NCBI GenBank assembly: GCA_020348925.1
Contig: CP070758.1
Location: forward strand, 4,835,775 to 4,899,774
DNA from: Gemmatimonadota bacterium
Lineage (GTDB): Bacteria > JBHIER01 > G020348925
Length of the DNA: 64,000 nucleotides
Reading direction: 5' to 3'
The notes beneath the pieces are model-generated. The model did not search any database. It was given only the letters and a program-made list of their open reading frames with translations, and was not told where the DNA came from. A program made the translations under genes and the position numbers. The first letter of the stretch is position 1, and each line of letters begins with the position of its first letter. This document shows positions 41,672-50,113 of this stretch, piece by piece.

Positions 41672-42466
41672 CTATTCCGTGATGTTCTCTATTTTTTCGA
41701 TCATCCGCTCCGCATTCACCCTATAGGCTCCGTTGAGATCGACCACGCGTTGAAATTCTCTGAGGGCTTTTCCCCCTTCTCCTCGTTTCAGGAAGGCCAT
41801 GCCCAAATACCAGTGGGATTGCTCTCCCAAAGGATACCCCGCCATCAGATCCGCGGCTTTTCTGAAGATTTTTATGGCGCTCTTCACTTGATCCTCCATG
41901 AGATAGGAAATACCCAGATAAAAGTAAGCCTCGCCAAAGGCAGGCTGCGCCTCCGTCACCTCCGACAGGGCTGCAACTGCCGTTGGAAAGTCTCCCCCGG
42001 CATAGGCCTCCATACCTTCCTCAAAGCGCATCTTGACCGTATCTTCCGTCTCAGCACCCCGCAAGCTTCGCGGGATGTACGGAGGAGCTTCAAATTGGGC
42101 CAACTGTGAATAGCGAACACCATCATCCCCTGAGGGGTAAAACACAAGAAGTACGAATACGACCGCAACCGCAGCCGGGATCAGCACCCTCACCGGTATC
42201 GGGACGCCAACCCAATGATTTTTGACCGAACGCCAGATTTCTGCGATGCGAGAAAAGATACGAACCGCCTCCGATTCCTCTTTGATGCGTGAAAGTTCCT
42301 CTCCATAGCGCTCGACGCACGTTACCAGGTCGGCTATCGTGTCAAATTCCTCCGAACAATCGGAGCACACCACAATATGTTCTAAAAGATCGTCCGCATC
42401 ACCGTCAGTCAGTTGCCCGGAAGCAAAACCGCTGATTTGTTCAGATCTCTTCGTAGTGCATGCCAT
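41672..42466 (-). CDS. Putative anti-sigma factor: zf-HC2 zinc finger, TM helix, C-terminal TPRs
   Basis: HxxxCxxC 'EHIVVCSDC'; TM 'VLIPAAVAVVFVLLVFY'; TPR 'AYFYLGISYL', 'SHWYLGMAFL'; directly downstream of the ECF sigma. Confidence 0.85.
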   Translation of the reverse strand: MACTTKRSEQISGFASGQLTDGDADDLLEHIVVCSDCSEEFDTIADLVTCVERYGEELSRIKEESEAVRIFSRIAEIWRSVKNHWVGVPIPVRVLIPAAVAVVFVLLVFYPSGDDGVRYSQLAQFEAPPYIPRSLRGAETEDTVKMRFEEGMEAYAGGDFPTAVAALSEVTEAQPAFGEAYFYLGISYLMEDQVKSAIKIFRKAADLMAGYPLGEQSHWYLGMAFLKRGEGGKALREFQRVVDLNGAYRVNAERMIEKIENITE

Positions 42467-42565
42467 TACCTACACCCCCATAGCACTGATTCGCCGGGCC
42501 ACACCCGGTTGTCCTTTTTTCTCCAATTCGTGTTCTCCGATCCATGATTCAACTGAGGAATGTTC

Positions 42566-43177
42566 TTATCCACTATCTATTAGAAAGAACAGAAAACCGA
42601 TAACTTTTCCGAACTTTTTTCGCAGTTTTTTCAAAACGGCCTTCTCCCTCGACTGCAGGGTCGAAATGGGCTCCTTCGTCCGCTCACTCATCTCCTTGTA
42701 GCTCATCCGATAAAAGAAACGCATCAGGATCACGTCCCGCTCTTTTTTTCTTGCATTTTTCAGGAAGGTCAGACAGTATCCGATCCTGCGTTCCACCTCT
42801 TCATCCGTCTCCCTCTGAAGGATCTCCTCCAGGGGATTCCCTTTGGTTGACACGGACTGAGCCTTCTCCAGGTCGACCGTCGACTCTTTGTTCCGGCGTT
42901 TCCTCCAGTTTATGGCCTTATTTTTGACTGTCTTAAAGAAATAGTGACGAAATTGATGCGGTGAATCAAAGGAGACGTGCCCCTCTGTCACCTTAAGGTA
43001 TACGGTCGAAGCTGCTTCCTGGAAAATATCCTCCGCTCCCTCCTCGTCCTTCGTAAAACCGTGGGCGAATCGAACGGCTATCCGATGATACTTCCGAAAA
43101 AATGTCCGCCAATCCGGGTTCTGACCGTTTCTCAAATTCAAAACTCCCCTCGCATGTTCACGGTATAAGAATAACAT
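42566..43177 (-). CDS. ECF (sigma-70 group 4) RNA polymerase sigma factor
   Basis: Region 2 'AEDIFQEA...YFFKTVKNKAINWRKR'; region 4 'RDVILMRFFYRMSYKEMSE...ISTLQSRE'. Confidence 0.9.
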   Translation of the reverse strand: MLFLYREHARGVLNLRNGQNPDWRTFFRKYHRIAVRFAHGFTKDEEGAEDIFQEAASTVYLKVTEGHVSFDSPHQFRHYFFKTVKNKAINWRKRRNKESTVDLEKAQSVSTKGNPLEEILQRETDEEVERRIGYCLTFLKNARKKERDVILMRFFYRMSYKEMSERTKEPISTLQSREKAVLKKLRKKFGKVIGFLFFLIDSG

Positions 43178-43386
43178 TTCAGAATCAGTAATGCAAGATA
43201 ATTTTACATCCTGGAAATTCTGAAGAATCTATCACTTCGATTTTACAATGCGCATTCTCATAATCTCCAAACCTAAAAAATATTTTTCGGAAAAAAACAG
43301 GAAACGCTGTTCATCTCTGTGAAAGTTCGAAGGAATTGGTGACCGATTCAACAGAACAGCTTGGAGATTCGAAAAATTTTCAAGCT

Positions 43387-43504
43387 GTCGAGGGTTGTAT
43401 GAAGGGGATCGGTCCCCTTCAAGGGTGACAGTGGAACGATCCAAGCAAGCGCAGGATCGCGAAACGCCAGAGGGTCGGTGAGACCCTCTGGAGAATACAG
43501 CGAC
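43387..43504 (+). promoter_or_regulatory. Multi-hairpin structured leader (candidate cis-regulatory RNA)
   Basis: Stems GAAGGGGA/TCCCCTTC (43401-43420), CGATCC/GGATCG (43437-43459) and CCAGAGGGTC/GACCCTCTGG (43467-43491), closed by GTCG..TTGTAT/ATACAG..CGAC. Confidence 0.45.
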
Positions 43505-43541
43505 TTCATGGATCGAAATTCTTTCAAAGGAGGTGGTTCGC

Positions 43542-43592
43542 ATGTGTTACTTCAAATTTGGGATGAGGGGTGGAAACCGTATCCGTTTTTAA
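43542..43592 (+). CDS. Putative 16-aa upstream ORF MCYFKFGMRGGNRIRF
   Basis: Strong AAAGGAGGT Shine-Dalgarno 7 nt before the ATG; ends 39 nt before the large gene. Confidence 0.4.
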   Translation: MCYFKFGMRGGNRIRF

Positions 43593-43631
43593 CCGGACAT
43601 CGTTCATGTATATAAACTGGAGGTATATACG

Positions 43632-46600
43632 ATGCGAAAAATGGTATTTTGTGCAGTATGCGTGTTCGCCGTATCAGTTCTTTTGCAAGGTTTCGCCTTT
43701 GGAGGAGAAATTGTGACGTTACAACCAACGGATGTGAAGGCGTTGCAACTTGACCGGCAGAAGCACGAAATGGCAACGCAAGATATTAAAAGAATAAAAG
43801 GAAAAGTATCGCTGGAGACGAAAAAAGGTTCCAGGGAGACAGTGGCCAGCGACGGCGATTGTCAGACAACATTGACCTGGCGGACTCTGGATGATCCGAC
43901 GATTAACTTTGGTGCTGGAACCTTTGACTCAATGGCGGTCTGGTTTCAGGCACCTGCCGACCTGAAAGTGTTAGCCGTTCGATTTGCGCCCTTGGACTAT
44001 GAAGGAAACATGCTCATCAATCTTTCCGAGACACTTTACTCAGGCTATGAAGGATATGCGGTGGATGGGGAAGGATGGTTGTCGGGTGGGACCCATCCCA
44101 CCGGGATTGTAAGTCCTGTGGGAATGCATGTAGCTGGTCCATATCCCGAGAGCATTACTTCTGAGGACACCTATCAGTGGCACGAAATACCTGTGCCTGC
44201 GCAGCCGACTTTCTCTCAAGGCGACAATTTCTGCGTTAGCACTTGGCATTATCGATATGGCGGCCATGGCTTTGCTTGTGAGCTTCCCTACGGAGCTCCT
44301 CACAGTTTTTTCAAATATTATGCAAATTGCTGTGGCCCTGACGGGGAAAACGCGGGATGGTTCTTACGAAGCTATGTCATGTGGTATGAGATTGTGGTGG
44401 AACTGATGGGCGATCTACCACCGGAGTTCGCTGAGGTGACGCAACTGCCACACACCTGTACACCTGGAGTTGATCGCCCAGTCTGTGCCGAAGTCACCGA
44501 CAGGAACTGCGGTGAGGGTCCATGGTGTGCAACTGGGTTCTATCCATGGGAACCAACGGGCTGTATTGTTGCTGATCCCACTGGCTGTGAATATAATTGC
44601 ATAACATGGCCCACTGATATCGAGGTTGTCACAACCAGTTCCAGCACAAATGACCAACTTCAAGAAGAGACAGCTAATGAAGATGTCTATCTCTTTGTTT
44701 CTGGTGGACCGTTGATTCAGGGCTCAACCGGCAATATTCTTGAGCTTGTTATGTCTAATTTTGTCGGTCCAGTAGCTGCCTTACAGGTAGATATTCTCTT
44801 CGATGTCGACTGTTTTATAGTGACAGATGTCTTACGAACTCCTCGGGCGGAAGGCATGGATATCTTTGGTTGGATGCATATCGAGGGTGGTATTCGGATT
44901 GCAATGACTACGATTTCTGGTAATCCCATCGATCCATCTGAAGGTCCAATTGCGGAGATCTTTGTGGATGTGAGTGGTAGTGGTGGTATCGGCGTGGCCT
45001 CGGTGGAGGTCTGTTACAGCGTGGATGGCGGTCCAGAAGTCCGCACACCTCTGAGCATGGGAACTGGGGATGAGTGGTGCGGTTCAATCCCCGGACAACC
45101 TGTTGGTTCCGAAATAGCTTACTATTATCGGGCTACTGATGTTGGAGGATTAACCAGCAGGACACCTGCCACCTACACGTATACCGTCCGGGAAGTGAGT
45201 GCTCCGACGCTGGTCGTATACAACGTCGAAGGGTTCCCTGATTGGTTAGACGATTACTACATGTACGGAGTGATCGATGCCTGCGGAGATGCGTATCCTT
45301 ATGACTACTGGGCTGTGTCGATAGATGGACCAGTCAGTGGGGACTGTCTCTTTGAATATACAAACATCATCTGGCTCGACATCAATTACCCTTGGTCGGA
45401 CATGCCAATTGCTGATATGATGGCCTGGCTCGATGCTGGTACGCCTGAGCAACCTCACAACCTCCTCTTTTCATCTCAGGATTATGCTTACTACTGGTAT
45501 GGTGGTGAAGACGTCTTTTTTACACCTGGTGATTTTGAATACGACTACCTTGGTTTGGCAGCCATTGCACCACAGGAGGTGGGTGGTGGCAGTTTCGATC
45601 CCTATCCCATTGATCCAGTGTGTGGTGACGCCATCTTCGGATATCTATGTGACCATCCGGGCCAGTTGAATTACAACCCGGGTCAAGAATTGGATCTTGC
45701 AAATTGGATCGACAACGTGCAGGCTGGTTTGGGTACCGTTTGCTTCACAGATCCCCAGACAGGCAATGCCTGTGGCGTTCACATGGAGAGTGTCGGATTC
45801 AACACCATCTTCCTGGCTTTCGATGTGGGGACATGTGACTGGTTGGACCCGTACGAATGGATTAACGATTACCGCAACATGATCGATGCCGCCCTCGATT
45901 TCTGGTATGAGTCTTTTTACCCTGATACAGACGCTGACGGCTGGCCCGATGTGTGCGACAACTGCCCCACTGTTTACAATCCCGGCCAGGAGGACAGTGA
46001 TACTAATGGAGTAGGTGATGCCTGCGAGCCCGGTTCAATCGTTGGCCATGTGTCTGCTGACTGTCTTGAACCAAACGGTGGTCTATTAGGGATTGCGGTT
46101 GCGGTTGACGCATATGAGACAGGCACCGGTAGTTTAGTTGGCGGTTCGGTGACTGACGAAAACGGTTATTATGAAATTACGGATCTGGAAGTAGGAGATT
46201 ACACGGTGACCATTGTGACACCGCTTGGCTATAATGCGGCGACCGACGAAGTTCCTGTGACGATTGCAGGCGGAGCTATTGTGACTGTGGATTTCCCGCT
46301 TACGTGTGTGGAAATTACTGCCAATCCAAGATCGATTGGGTTCTGGAAGCACCAAGTTGGTGTGGCTACAGGCGGAAAGGGCGATGCCCAGATTGATGCG
46401 GAAATGCTGTGTTATTATCTCGATCTGATCGAAGCTCATTTTAATAGCAACGAAATCAATCAGGTAGCTGTGTATGATCCACCGTCATCGGGTGAGTGCG
46501 GGGACAAACTGGAGGAGGCAAAAAGACTCCTGAATCTTAAAGGAAAGACCAATATGATAGATCGTGCGAGACAGCAGTTGATGGCCCTGTTACTCAATGT

Positions 46601-47075
46601 TGCCGCTCAGTATATCAGTCTCACTGAGATCATCAGTGAAGATGGAGCAACAGTGTCCCAAGCCATTACCTATTGTGACAACCTGATCGACGATCCCGAA
46701 GGTGCCTTTGAAGTGGCAAAGACAATCTGCGATGATATCAACAATAACAGTATGGTACCTGCAGGTGTCATTCCGCTTGAGATCGAGGAAATTGCATATA
46801 AACATGTTTCAAGCTCTTACAGTCTGGCACAGAACTCCCCCAATCCCTTCAATCCGACAACCTCAATCTCCTACTCATTACCCGAAGCCTCCAGGGTGAA
46901 AGTCGAAGTCTACAACCTCCTGGGGCAGGTCATCGACGTGCTGGTGGACGCCGAACAGCAGGCCGGCTATCATGTAGTTCAGTGGGATGCGTCGGATATG
47001 GCCACCGGTGTCTATTTCTACAGACTCACTGCGGGCGCATTTACGGCTACGAAGCGTATGGTTTTAATGAAATAA
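43632..47075 (+). CDS. Large modular secreted protein: unknown N-domains, cohesin-like insert, Ig-like, TSP3 repeat, CarboxypepD/SdrD-like domain, T9SS-type CTD
   Basis: Signal peptide; GGAGGT RBS; cohesin-like 'PVAALQVDILFD...GPIAEIFVDV'; '[30 protein letters not shown]' (TSP3); 'TDENGYYEITDL..GDYTV'; QNSPNPFNP CTD. Confidence 0.85.
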   Translation: MRKMVFCAVCVFAVSVLLQGFAFGGEIVTLQPTDVKALQLDRQKHEMATQDIKRIKGKVSLETKKGSRETVASDGDCQTTLTWRTLDDPTINFGAGTFDSMAVWFQAPADLKVLAVRFAPLDYEGNMLINLSETLYSGYEGYAVDGEGWLSGGTHPTGIVSPVGMHVAGPYPESITSEDTYQWHEIPVPAQPTFSQGDNFCVSTWHYRYGGHGFACELPYGAPHSFFKYYANCCGPDGENAGWFLRSYVMWYEIVVELMGDLPPEFAEVTQLPHTCTPGVDRPVCAEVTDRNCGEGPWCATGFYPWEPTGCIVADPTGCEYNCITWPTDIEVVTTSSSTNDQLQEETANEDVYLFVSGGPLIQGSTGNILELVMSNFVGPVAALQVDILFDVDCFIVTDVLRTPRAEGMDIFGWMHIEGGIRIAMTTISGNPIDPSEGPIAEIFVDVSGSGGIGVASVEVCYSVDGGPEVRTPLSMGTGDEWCGSIPGQPVGSEIAYYYRATDVGGLTSRTPATYTYTVREVSAPTLVVYNVEGFPDWLDDYYMYGVIDACGDAYPYDYWAVSIDGPVSGDCLFEYTNIIWLDINYPWSDMPIADMMAWLDAGTPEQPHNLLFSSQDYAYYWYGGEDVFFTPGDFEYDYLGLAAIAPQEVGGGSFDPYPIDPVCGDAIFGYLCDHPGQLNYNPGQELDLANWIDNVQAGLGTVCFTDPQTGNACGVHMESVGFNTIFLAFDVGTCDWLDPYEWINDYRNMIDAALDFWYESFYPDTDADGWPDVCDNCPTVYNPGQEDSDTNGVGDACEPGSIVGHVSADCLEPNGGLLGIAVAVDAYETGTGSLVGGSVTDENGYYEITDLEVGDYTVTIVTPLGYNAATDEVPVTIAGGAIVTVDFPLTCVEITANPRSIGFWKHQVGVATGGKGDAQIDAEMLCYYLDLIEAHFNSNEINQVAVYDPPSSGECGDKLEEAKRLLNLKGKTNMIDRARQQLMALLLNVAAQYISLTEIISEDGATVSQAITYCDNLIDDPEGAFEVAKTICDDINNNSMVPAGVIPLEIEEIAYKHVSSSYSLAQNSPNPFNPTTSISYSLPEASRVKVEVYNLLGQVIDVLVDAEQQAGYHVVQWDASDMATGVYFYRLTAGAFTATKRMVLMK

Positions 47076-47115
47076 AGGAGTCAAAAAAGTCGAAGGGTTG
47101 AAGGATCGAAAAGAA

Positions 47116-47148
47116 AACCTCCCGCAGGTGCGAAACCTGCGGGAGGTT
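47116..47148. terminator. Palindromic element / bidirectional terminator after a CTD gene, copy 3
   Basis: AACCTCCCGCAGGT-GCGAA-ACCTGCGGGAGGTT between convergent genes. Confidence 0.8.
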
Positions 47149-47187
47149 GCATATTGACGAGATTGATTACTTACAATTCAAAATAAC

Positions 47188-49122
47188 TCAATCCCACAAT
47201 TCCCAGCCCCCCCCAAAGGAAATCGTGCGTCCCGGCATCGGATACCCTGCCCTGCTCTGGTATGTTTTATCGGTGAGATTGCGAAACGTGACGTAGAGAC
47301 TGAGATCCTGGATCCGACACGCCATCCTGGCATGAAGCAGCGCGTACTTCTTCATCAGTACTTTCTCTTCAAAGTCAGCGTATTGCCTCCCGGTGTATTC
47401 CGTTTCGATACGCACCTTCCATTCCATCTGATCTCGAATAAAAGCCCGCGATAGCTGGAGCCAAGCCGTTGCCAAGGTCTCAGGATTACGAGCAAGCACT
47501 CTGCCCGTCCCTCTATTCTCAGCATCTAAATACGTGAACGTGGAGCCGAAAATGACGTGCCTGAATAGATCCTTTTGAACCGACAATTCAAACCCTGTGC
47601 TTCTCGTATCGACATTGAAGGGCATCCACACACGCTCTGAATCTTCCTTCCACAGGATCCGATCGGAAACATCGTTCGCAAAAAAACTCCCCCGCACCTC
47701 ATAATGATTCCTCCTTCGAGAGAGGCTGAGATCAAAGGAGGTGCCTTGTTCAGGCTCTATTTTTGGCTCGCCATCATCCCAAAAAATCTCGTGGAGAGCA
47801 GGAAATCTGTATCCTGTTGAGGCGGAGAGGCGGACCAGTCCCACGCCGGGAATTTCGGTCCCACACGTGAGGCCTGGAGAAACCCGCGCACTGTATTCCG
47901 AATGACCGTCACACTGACCCGAGAGAAGAAGGTGGAACCTTCGGCAGGGGCGAAGTTCGGCTGTGGCCTGTAATGATGATTCGTGGACAGTGTGCTCGCC
48001 CTGAGCAGGACTTTCCGACTGAATGCGTTGAATATGTGAACCGAGACGGATCGTCCCGTTTCGATGGACTCGGAATGACGCCTTCACCTGCCCCCCATAT
48101 ACTTCACTCTCATACGAGTACATCGAATCACCCACACCCTGGGTTCGAATGTCGCTGAAAAAGAGGCTGTTTTCAAGGGACCATCCTGATCGTCCGGTGT
48201 GCAGCGTGACATCCCCATCAATTCGTTCATCCTCCTGCCGCCAATGGATTGCGGGGTAGGAATCGGATCCGGAACGTCCCACATGGCCCTTGTAGCGTCC
48301 AATGGTCGACGTCACACGCGCAGCCGAAGTGGGCTCATAGTCGATTCTTCCCAAAATATTTTGTCCGTCATAATCATCCTTCACACGGAAACCGTCGGTG
48401 CCCCGTTCATCGAAAACGATAGTGAGATGACACCGCTTCCAGAACCGCTTCCCAAAGTGAACGGCCGACCGCCTCAGCCCAAAATTTCCCTTCTCGTAGC
48501 GGAGCTTCGTGTAGGGTCTTTCCGAAGACACCCTCCTTGTAGTGATGTTCACGATACCACCAAGTGCCCCCGACCTCCCATACAAAGTGGCGCATCCCTT
48601 CACAACTTCTACGCGTTCGACCATATCCAACGATATGAAGTTCAGGTCGTAGCCACCGAATTGAGGGTCGTTCACAGCCCGCCCGTCTATCATGATCAAA
48701 ACCTGTTGGCCTGTTGCACCGCGAAAGCCGGTCGCCGCAGGTTGTCCCAACATGCCGTATTCTAAGACATGGGCACCGCAGTAATATTTTAAAACATCAC
48801 CCAGATGCTGGGCAGTCGACGCCTCGATCTCCTCGGCCGTAATAACGCAGACGCTGCCCCAGGCACCACACGGTGATGCCGGCGCGACGGCCCCCGAATC
48901 ACACCCTTCAATATTGGAATTCACGCGCAAAGACTCCGCACAGCATCCGGTCCCTTCGGCAACACGGGTTTCCCGGGAGAAGCCATATCCTACGAGGCAA
49001 AATATTGAAACGATGACGGGGATTGGTCGAATATATTTCGCCACATTTTTCGAAAGAGGTGACGTTGACAAATGATACTGTTCGCTTTTAATTCCTGTGA
49101 GATGTGAGGCGTGAGGATTCAA
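47188..49122 (-). CDS. TonB-dependent receptor (BtuB-like); start uncertain
   Basis: Plug motifs 'VITAEEI', 'GFRG..GQQVLIMIDG', 'VERVEVVKG..LYG..ALGGIVNI'; barrel end 'RNLTDKTY...GYPMPGRT'. Confidence 0.88.
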   Translation of the reverse strand: MNPHASHLTGIKSEQYHLSTSPLSKNVAKYIRPIPVIVSIFCLVGYGFSRETRVAEGTGCCAESLRVNSNIEGCDSGAVAPASPCGAWGSVCVITAEEIEASTAQHLGDVLKYYCGAHVLEYGMLGQPAATGFRGATGQQVLIMIDGRAVNDPQFGGYDLNFISLDMVERVEVVKGCATLYGRSGALGGIVNITTRRVSSERPYTKLRYEKGNFGLRRSAVHFGKRFWKRCHLTIVFDERGTDGFRVKDDYDGQNILGRIDYEPTSAARVTSTIGRYKGHVGRSGSDSYPAIHWRQEDERIDGDVTLHTGRSGWSLENSLFFSDIRTQGVGDSMYSYESEVYGGQVKASFRVHRNGTIRLGSHIQRIQSESPAQGEHTVHESSLQATAELRPCRRFHLLLSGQCDGHSEYSARVSPGLTCGTEIPGVGLVRLSASTGYRFPALHEIFWDDGEPKIEPEQGTSFDLSLSRRRNHYEVRGSFFANDVSDRILWKEDSERVWMPFNVDTRSTGFELSVQKDLFRHVIFGSTFTYLDAENRGTGRVLARNPETLATAWLQLSRAFIRDQMEWKVRIETEYTGRQYADFEEKVLMKKYALLHARMACRIQDLSLYVTFRNLTDKTYQSRAGYPMPGRTISFGGGWELWD

Positions 49123-49183
49123 TGTATCCCTGAGGTGTTTTCCCGACAGTCATAGGACTCAAGTGTTCCAAGAACATCCATTA

Positions 49184-49260
49184 TCTCATTCCGACCGCAG
49201 AGCCGGAATCTCCAACCAGTCGCTTCATGGCATGAGATCCCTGGTCAAGCCTGAGATGAC
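49184..49260. repeat. Degenerate palindromic intergenic repeat (TCATTCC...GGAATCT / GAGATCC...GATGAC type)
   Basis: TCTCATTCCGACCGCAGAGCCGGAATCTCC ... GAGATCCCTGGTCAAGCCTGAGATGAC. Confidence 0.45.
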
Positions 49261-49347
49261 AGACTCTCGATGAGGCCTGTATACCCAGGTATGGCCATCT
49301 CTGATTGCAACGATTCGGTTATGAACACTCCTTATCAGAATGCCACG

Positions 49348-49662
49348 TTAAGCTTTTCCCGTCGCATCGCTCACCCACTGGAGAAACTCGTCCTCACCTT
49401 CGACGATGTCATACGCGACAATGGCGGGAACGTCATAGGAATGGATTTCTCTCACCCTTTTCCGAAGCTGCTGAAAAAGACGTTTTTCCGTTTTGCATAT
49501 GAGAATGTATTCTGATTCTTCCACAACCTTTCCCTTCCATCGGTAGACTGAACGGCACGGGAAGAAATTGACACATGCGGCCAGATTCTCCTCCACCGCG
49601 GTTCGTGCGATGCGCTCGGCCTCCTCCTTATTGCCAGCGGTTATATAGACAGTCACGTACAC
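49348..49662 (-). CDS. cutA: Divalent-cation tolerance protein CutA
   Basis: 'EAERIA...LAACVN...SVYRWKG...E..LICKT...HSYDVPAI'. Confidence 0.94.
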   Translation of the reverse strand: MYVTVYITAGNKEEAERIARTAVEENLAACVNFFPCRSVYRWKGKVVEESEYILICKTEKRLFQQLRKRVREIHSYDVPAIVAYDIVEGEDEFLQWVSDATGKA

Positions 49663-49725
49663 GTTTCAAAATTCAAAAAACAAAAATCCAACATTCAAAA
49701 CAAAAACGTCCAGAATGAAAAAGTC

Positions 49726-50061
49726 CTAAGCCTCCGGTGAGAGCACGGACTCGACCTTCTTCACGATCTCTTTCTTGGGTACTGCTCCGATGATCTGTTC
49801 GGCCACCTTTCCGTCCTTAAAGATCAGAAGACTCGGAATACTGCGAATGCCGAACTCGGCAGCCGTTTTCTGACTCGAATCGACATCCAGCTTACCCACT
49901 TTAATTTTATCTCCGTACTCCTTCGCAACCTCTTCAACAAAGGGAGCAATCATGCGGCACGGGGCACACCATACCGCCCAGAAATCGACCAGTACCGGGA
50001 CTGAGGATTCTTTCACTTCCTTCTGGAAATTTTCATCGGTAAAGGTGAACAACTCACTCAT
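49726..50061 (-). CDS. trxA: Thioredoxin
   Basis: VDFWAVWCAPC, IRSIPSL, IIGAVPK. Confidence 0.95.
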   Translation of the reverse strand: MSELFTFTDENFQKEVKESSVPVLVDFWAVWCAPCRMIAPFVEEVAKEYGDKIKVGKLDVDSSQKTAAEFGIRSIPSLLIFKDGKVAEQIIGAVPKKEIVKKVESVLSPEA

Positions 50062-50113
50062 TCTTCACTCCTTTGATTGAATTTCACAACGTATATGGCT
50101 CTTTTGCTTCGAA

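Noticed and set aside
49123-49347. Cobalamin riboswitch upstream of the BtuB-like receptor
   Set aside because: No recognisable B12-box or core motifs on the minus strand; the structure present looks like a dispersed palindromic repeat
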